A DNA stretch of 63,932 nucleotides, filler included, from Nitrospinota bacterium (GTDB lineage: Bacteria > JAUXIQ01): assembly GCA_030620925.1 (NCBI GenBank). It is 13 parts of 13 records of this genome, joined end to end, with 100 filler letters (N's around TTAATTAATTAA, not from the genome) between each part and the next. Parts side by side here need not be neighbours in the genome. Positions count along the whole stretch, not along the records: positions 58,419 to 60,979 come from JAUXIQ010000440.1; positions 61,080 to 63,932 come from JAUXIQ010000397.1; 11 more parts are not named here. One strand, given 5' to 3'. Position 1 is the stretch's first letter. Each line of letters opens with the position of its first letter. The notes under the pieces are model-generated. The model searched no databases. It was not told the origin of the DNA and worked only from the letters and a program-made list of their open reading frames with translations. A program made the position numbers and the translations under genes. Positions 59,176-63,932 of the stretch are shown here, piece after piece.

Positions 59176-60789
59176 ATGCTCAAGAAAGAGCTGAAAGATG
59201 AATTTCTCTCGGGTTCGGGTATACCGATAAAGAGGGTCTATACCGGAGAAGATATGGCGGATATCGATCCCGACCGCCACATAGGCCAACCCGGCGAGCC
59301 GCCTTTCACCAGGGGTATTTACCCCAGCATGTACCGCTCCAGGCTGTGGACAATCCGCCGCTATTCCGGCCACGGGACGCCGGAGGAGACCAACGAGCTG
59401 TACAAGCGGGAATACGAGCTGGGGCAGACCGGTTTTTCCATCGCCTTCGATCCCCCCACCGAAGGCGGCCTCGATTCGGACGATCATCGTGTGGCGGCGG
59501 ACGTGGGCGCATCGGGTGTCTCGGTGGACTCTCTGCTGGACATGGAGCTAATGTTCGAGGGGCTCCCCATAGACAAGGCGGCTACGGCCATCATCTCCAC
59601 CATGATGACCAGCCCCGCTCTGCACGCCATGTACTTCGTCATGGCCGAGAAACGGGGCCTCAAATTCGAGGAGCTGGACGGCACCACCCAGACCGACATC
59701 ATGACCTCCCTGGGCTGCCTTTATCTTGCCGACCAGGTGGCGCCCCGCCATCAGTTGCGCTTCGGCATAGACCTCATAGAATGGTGCATAGAGAACGCTC
59801 CCCGCTGGCATCCGGTGAGCGTTGATTCATACAGCTATCGTGAACAAGGCATCGACGCCGTTCAGGAGTTGGGCCTGCTGCTGGCTACCGCCATAAGCTA
59901 CCTGGAAGAGGAGCGCAGCCGAGGCCGTGTTTCCATGGATAATTTCTGCCGTCCCTTTACCTTCGACATGGGGTGCCACAACGACTTCTTTGAAGAAATC
60001 GCCAAGTTCCGCGCCGGTCGCCGCATGTGGCACACCATTACCAAGGAACGCTACGGAGTCACCGACCCCAAGGCCATGCAGTTCAGGTTCCATGCCCAAA
60101 CTGCAGGCTGTACCCACACTTACCAGCAGCCCCTCAATAACCTGGTGCGAATCGCTTTCCAGACCCTGGCCTGTGCCCTGGGTGGTGCGCAGTCGGTGCA
60201 TGCCAACGGCTACGACGAGGGCATCTGCCTGCCCACCGAGCAGAGCATGCTGCTCTCCATCCGCACCGAGCAGTTGCTGCAAATGGAGACCAACATCTGC
60301 AATACGGTGGACCCCCTGGGCGGCTCCTACTATATGGAATGTCTCACCAGCGAGTTGGAGAAACGCACCTGGGAGTACATCCAGAAGATAGAAGACATGG
60401 GCGGCATCGTTCCCGCGCTGGAATCGGGCTGGGTGCACCGTGAGTTCATGATAGCCATGGAAGAGCATGAGAAGAAGGTTAACCGGGGGGAGATACCGGT
60501 GGTGGGCGTCAACTGTCACCAGGTGGAAGAAGAGCCTTACCAGTTCCCCTTGTTCCGCCCCAATCCGAGGGCGGCGGAGATACAGACGGAGAAGATTGAG
60601 AAAGTCAAGCGGGAGAGGGACAACGCCCGCGTGGAGCGCGCTCTTAAAGATTTGAGCGAGGTGACTCAGACGGATGAAAACATCATGCCCGCGGTCATAG
60701 AGGCGGTGCGGGCATACGCCACGCTGGGCGAAATCTGCAACGTCTGGCGCGATATCTACGGGCTGTGGAGGATACCCTTCGGAGGCTGA
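59176..60789 (+). CDS. B12-dependent acyl-CoA mutase large (substrate-binding) subunit
   Basis: PGEPPFTRG, AFD.PT, FFEEIAKFRA, HAQTAG, DPLGGS, ATLGEI; no B12-binding domain. Confidence 0.92.
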   Translation: MLKKELKDEFLSGSGIPIKRVYTGEDMADIDPDRHIGQPGEPPFTRGIYPSMYRSRLWTIRRYSGHGTPEETNELYKREYELGQTGFSIAFDPPTEGGLDSDDHRVAADVGASGVSVDSLLDMELMFEGLPIDKAATAIISTMMTSPALHAMYFVMAEKRGLKFEELDGTTQTDIMTSLGCLYLADQVAPRHQLRFGIDLIEWCIENAPRWHPVSVDSYSYREQGIDAVQELGLLLATAISYLEEERSRGRVSMDNFCRPFTFDMGCHNDFFEEIAKFRAGRRMWHTITKERYGVTDPKAMQFRFHAQTAGCTHTYQQPLNNLVRIAFQTLACALGGAQSVHANGYDEGICLPTEQSMLLSIRTEQLLQMETNICNTVDPLGGSYYMECLTSELEKRTWEYIQKIEDMGGIVPALESGWVHREFMIAMEEHEKKVNRGEIPVVGVNCHQVEEEPYQFPLFRPNPRAAEIQTEKIEKVKRERDNARVERALKDLSEVTQTDENIMPAVIEAVRAYATLGEICNVWRDIYGLWRIPFGG

Positions 60790-60797
60790 GTTTTTTA

Positions 60798-60929
60798 GGG
60801 GGAAACCCTTTTGGACCCCGCGTGGCGCGGGGCCACCTTGCCCCCTTCCCAAAACTTTTATTCAAGCGCCTTGAATGAAAGTTTTGGGAGAGAGTCTGAG
60901 AGAAACTTTTTTCAAAAAGGTTCTCTCAG
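60798..60929. repeat. Composite intergenic palindromic repeat (AAAGTTTTG...GAGAGAAACTTTTT/AAAAAGGTTCTCTC family)
   Basis: Related partial copies near 2028, 22208, 29551 and 39427. Confidence 0.65.
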
Positions 60930-61079
60930 TGTCTTGAATTTCCAACCATAAAAGGGGAACAGGATGGCTGAAAGCGGCGNNNNNNNNNNNNNNNNNNNNN
61001 NNNNNNNNNNNNNNNNNNNNNNNTTAATTAATTAANNNNNNNNNNNNNNNNNNNNNNNNNNNNNNNNNNNNNNNNNNNN

Positions 61080-61834
61080 AGATCGATCCCCGGCACATAA
61101 CCAAATATCTCATACTGCATTCCCACTTCGATCACTGCGGTGCAGTACCTCCCATCAAGCGCAGGTTTCCATGGATAGAGGTTGTGGCTTCACACCGCAC
61201 CAAGGAACTTTACGCCAAGGAGAAGGTAAAAAAATTCATCCGCGATAGAAATTGGGATATGATAAAAGCTCAAGGCATGGAACAGACGGCCCTGGAGATG
61301 GAACTCGATTTCGACGACCTGCAGGTGGACATACCACTCGGGGAAGGAGACGTTATGGACCTTGGGGATGGAGTCACCGTTGAAATCATCGAAGTGCCCG
61401 GCCACAGCACCTGCTCCATCGCCGCATACGTCCTCCCTGACAAAGCGCTGTTTGCATCCGATGCAGGCGGCATACCAAATTACGAAGACGTGATCTACCC
61501 TTCCGGCAACGAGGATTTTATTCTCTACCAGCTCTCGCTGGAGAAGATGCGTAAATATCCGGTAAAAGTTCACTGCGCGGCGCGATACGGAGCGTATACC
61601 GGAGACGAGGGCAAAGCCTATATGGACAGGGCAATAAAGGCCGCCGAAGAATTTCGGTTGCGCGCCATTGACATGGCGGAAGAAGAAGGTCTTGAGAACG
61701 CAGTCGAACGGATATTTCGGGAACATATTCAAACAGCGGGAACCTCCGACGTTCCCGCCGAGATCATGAAGGCGCTTATCGATAACATGGTTAAAGTGAT
61801 CATGGAAGACCATGAGAAGAGGATGGGAACGTGA
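61080..61834 (+). CDS. MBL-fold metallo-hydrolase, 5' truncated
   Basis: HSHFDH upstream of the tracked ORF, VPGHS, LFASD. Confidence 0.85.
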
Positions 61835-61883
61835 CGTTCCTCTTTTTATAATTCTGAGGCGTCAATAGCATAGGAGGTGCAAA

Positions 61884-62561
61884 ATGGCAGGAGAGAGACT
61901 TTTCACAAGGGAAGAACTGGATTGGATGGCGAAGACCACCAGGGAAAAGGCGGCGAAAGCCATTGATGCAGACGATAAGGAGGAAGCCAAAAACTTTTGC
62001 GATATCATGTATAAAGAGTTGCTCTGGATACATGATGGATACAGGAACTGGATCACCTCACTGCTCACCTACATAGGTAAGAATTTCGGAGACGAAACGC
62101 TTGAGGATGCGCTGCGCGAAACCTGCACTACCTGGCAGAAACCGCTCTACGAAAAATCGAAGCGGGCGGACTTGAAGAAACGCATTCAGTTCATGGCCAG
62201 AATGTGGCATTCACACGCCTTCCCCTTTCATATAGAAGAGGACGACGAGAAGTTTATCTTCACCAATACGCCCTGCGGGAGCGGCGGAAGGCTGATAAAC
62301 GACGGTTTTTACGATGAGCCCTTCAACTTCCTGAAGGTTGAAAAGGCTCAACCCATGACCTACGGCAAGGAGAACTTTCCCGTCTATTGCGCCCACTGTG
62401 CAGTGGCTGAGGAGATGCTGACCATCGAGTGGGGCGGTTATCCCGCGGCGGTTACGTTTCCTCCGGAGAAGCCCGGGAACGATTGCGTTCACTATATATA
62501 TAAGAACCCTGAAGACATTCCGGAAGAATATTACACGAGGGTGGGAAAAGAGAAGAAATAG
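61884..62561 (+). CDS. Conserved PCGSGG/YCAHC protein of unknown function
   Basis: TPCGSGG, PVYCAHC, C.HYIYK; AGGAGGT RBS. Confidence 0.8.
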   Translation: MAGERLFTREELDWMAKTTREKAAKAIDADDKEEAKNFCDIMYKELLWIHDGYRNWITSLLTYIGKNFGDETLEDALRETCTTWQKPLYEKSKRADLKKRIQFMARMWHSHAFPFHIEEDDEKFIFTNTPCGSGGRLINDGFYDEPFNFLKVEKAQPMTYGKENFPVYCAHCAVAEEMLTIEWGGYPAAVTFPPEKPGNDCVHYIYKNPEDIPEEYYTRVGKEKK

Positions 62562-62577
62562 ATCGGCGGGATAATAT

Positions 62578-63744
62578 CTATTCCCGTCTTCCTCCGACGG
62601 CCGCAGGGACGCCATCCCCTTCGGGCAGGAAGAGCGCGAATAAGAAAGCCGCAATGGGGAGGAAAGACAAGACGGCCATCGCCGAAGTAATGCCCCACTT
62701 CTCCGCCGCCATGCCGAAAACAACCACCAGCATGCCGCCCACCCCCCAGGCCAGACCCATGACTATGCTGGAGGCGGTGCCCGCGTTTTCGGGGATGAGT
62801 TCCTGGGCCATGGCGATCACCACCGAACTACTGGCCATGAGGGTCGTCCCCGCCAGGGCCAGAAGGACCACCGAGAGGGGTCCGCTGGTCTTGACGAACC
62901 CGTATAAAAAGGGCACCGAGATTATTAATCCGATGAGTATGACCGCCTTTCGTCCTACGCGGTCCGAGAGGTACCCTCCCACAAGACCCCCCGCCGCACC
63001 GGTAATGGCGAAGACGGTGATTATCAAGCCCCCTGAAATTAGTGAGAAGCCCTGTTCGGCATAGAGTATGGGCAGGAGGGCGATGAAACCCATCCTCACT
63101 GCAGTCCATAGAACCACGATCACGTATAACAGGCCGATGGCTTTTGCCTGCGGCATGATAGACTTGGCCAGGCTGAACTCACGATTTTTAACTTCCAGTC
63201 TCTCTCGCAGCACACCGCCTCTCAAGAGGAATGCCACGAACAACAGCCCGGGAATGGCCGCCAGATAACTCTTCTCCAGACCCATCACCATTACCAGGTA
63301 TACGAACCATAGCGGCCCCAGGGAGTAGCCCACCGTGCCGCCGGAGATAAATATGGAGACCCCCAACCCCCTTCGCTCCCCGCTGGCGTACCCTGCTAAT
63401 GCCACAGTCTGGGGATGGAAGGCGGCTATCCCCAGGCCGCCCAACATGAGCAAGACGGCCAGTGCAGTGTAGCTGGGAGCCACTCCTATACAGCTCATGA
63501 ACGCTGCGGAAAGCGCCGGACCCAGAACCACAAAGTATCTACGCGTTACGAGATCCGCCAGGTAACCGAAAACAGGCTGAGTTATCGATGAAGAAAAGGT
63601 AAAAACGGATACCAGAAAAGTGGCGGAAGTGATGGAAAGATCCATTCTCAGGATCAACAGCGGCAGAAGCGGCGGGAGGAAACTGGCGTAGGAGTCGTTA
63701 AAAAAATGGACCGTAGTTAGAAGCGAAAGTTTCTTTTTTTCCAT
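62578..63744 (-). CDS. MFS transporter (Fsr-like)
   Basis: HFFND, QPVFG.LAD, AAFHP, SDRVGRK. Confidence 0.9.
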   Translation of the reverse strand: MEKKKLSLLTTVHFFNDSYASFLPPLLPLLILRMDLSITSATFLVSVFTFSSSITQPVFGYLADLVTRRYFVVLGPALSAAFMSCIGVAPSYTALAVLLMLGGLGIAAFHPQTVALAGYASGERRGLGVSIFISGGTVGYSLGPLWFVYLVMVMGLEKSYLAAIPGLLFVAFLLRGGVLRERLEVKNREFSLAKSIMPQAKAIGLLYVIVVLWTAVRMGFIALLPILYAEQGFSLISGGLIITVFAITGAAGGLVGGYLSDRVGRKAVILIGLIISVPFLYGFVKTSGPLSVVLLALAGTTLMASSSVVIAMAQELIPENAGTASSIVMGLAWGVGGMLVVVFGMAAEKWGITSAMAVLSFLPIAAFLFALFLPEGDGVPAAVGGRRE

Positions 63745-63825
63745 GAAGCCCCCTGCCCTGCCTCACACTCGTTAAAAAAAGTTAGCTACCCACGGTCAAC
63801 ACAATGTATGGGCTTCGGATAATAT

Positions 63826-63932
63826 CTATTCTCGTCTTTCCCTGACGGCCGCAGCGACGCCATACCCCCCCGGCAAAAAGAGTGCGAATAAGAAAGCCGC
63901 AATCGGGAGGAAAGACAGGGCGGCCATCGCCG
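63826..63932 (-). CDS. 3' end of a tandem paralogous MFS transporter
   Basis: AMAALSFLPIAAFLFALFLPGGYGVAAAVRERRE* versus AMAVLSFLPIAAFLFALFLPEGDGVPAAVGGRRE*. Confidence 0.85.
   Translation of the reverse strand, partial: AMAALSFLPIAAFLFALFLPGGYGVAAAVRERRE

Noticed and set aside
11175-61079. Repeated TTAATTAATTAA motif in N runs, and apparent gene neighbourhoods across them
   Set aside because: Artificial contig linkers; adjacency across them has no biological meaning, and ORFs ending in X...N are artefacts

Overview
This window is not one locus. It is 13 contigs joined by twelve artificial 100-bp N/TTAATTAATTAA/N linkers, as in a concatenated draft genome or MAG, so gene neighbourhoods only count within a contig. 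The gene content suggests a Deltaproteobacteria/Nitrospinota-like anaerobe or microaerophile (inference). Housekeeping genes include rpoC, trpDCFBA, leuD/leuB/asd, gdhA, HU/IHF, PMM/PGM and manC. Acyl-CoA catabolic genes include two thiolase/DUF35 modules, a CoA-transferase, a split B12 mutase and SDRs. There are also Mo-hydroxylase large subunits, a cbb3-type oxidase cluster behind a Fur/PerR gene, and a GNAT-MshA-like-PIG-L cluster. The main finds are: (1) a UGSC-motif selenoprotein split by the ORF caller at an in-frame UGA, with a clear SECIS-like hairpin, in an operon with a DGLPIVPPT protein and a CMD/AhpD protein; (2) a ~124-aa copy of the SI3 SBHMb domain inserted in the RNA polymerase beta' jaw; (3) an acyl-CoA mutase with non-canonical specificity residues; (4) three independent recent tandem duplications; (5) a CCCGC-N5-GCGGG mini-palindrome nested inside several other REP-like repeats; (6) a chimeric livG/livF pseudogene and a gene with an in-frame TAG. 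No rRNA, tRNA, CRISPR array or transposase was recognised.
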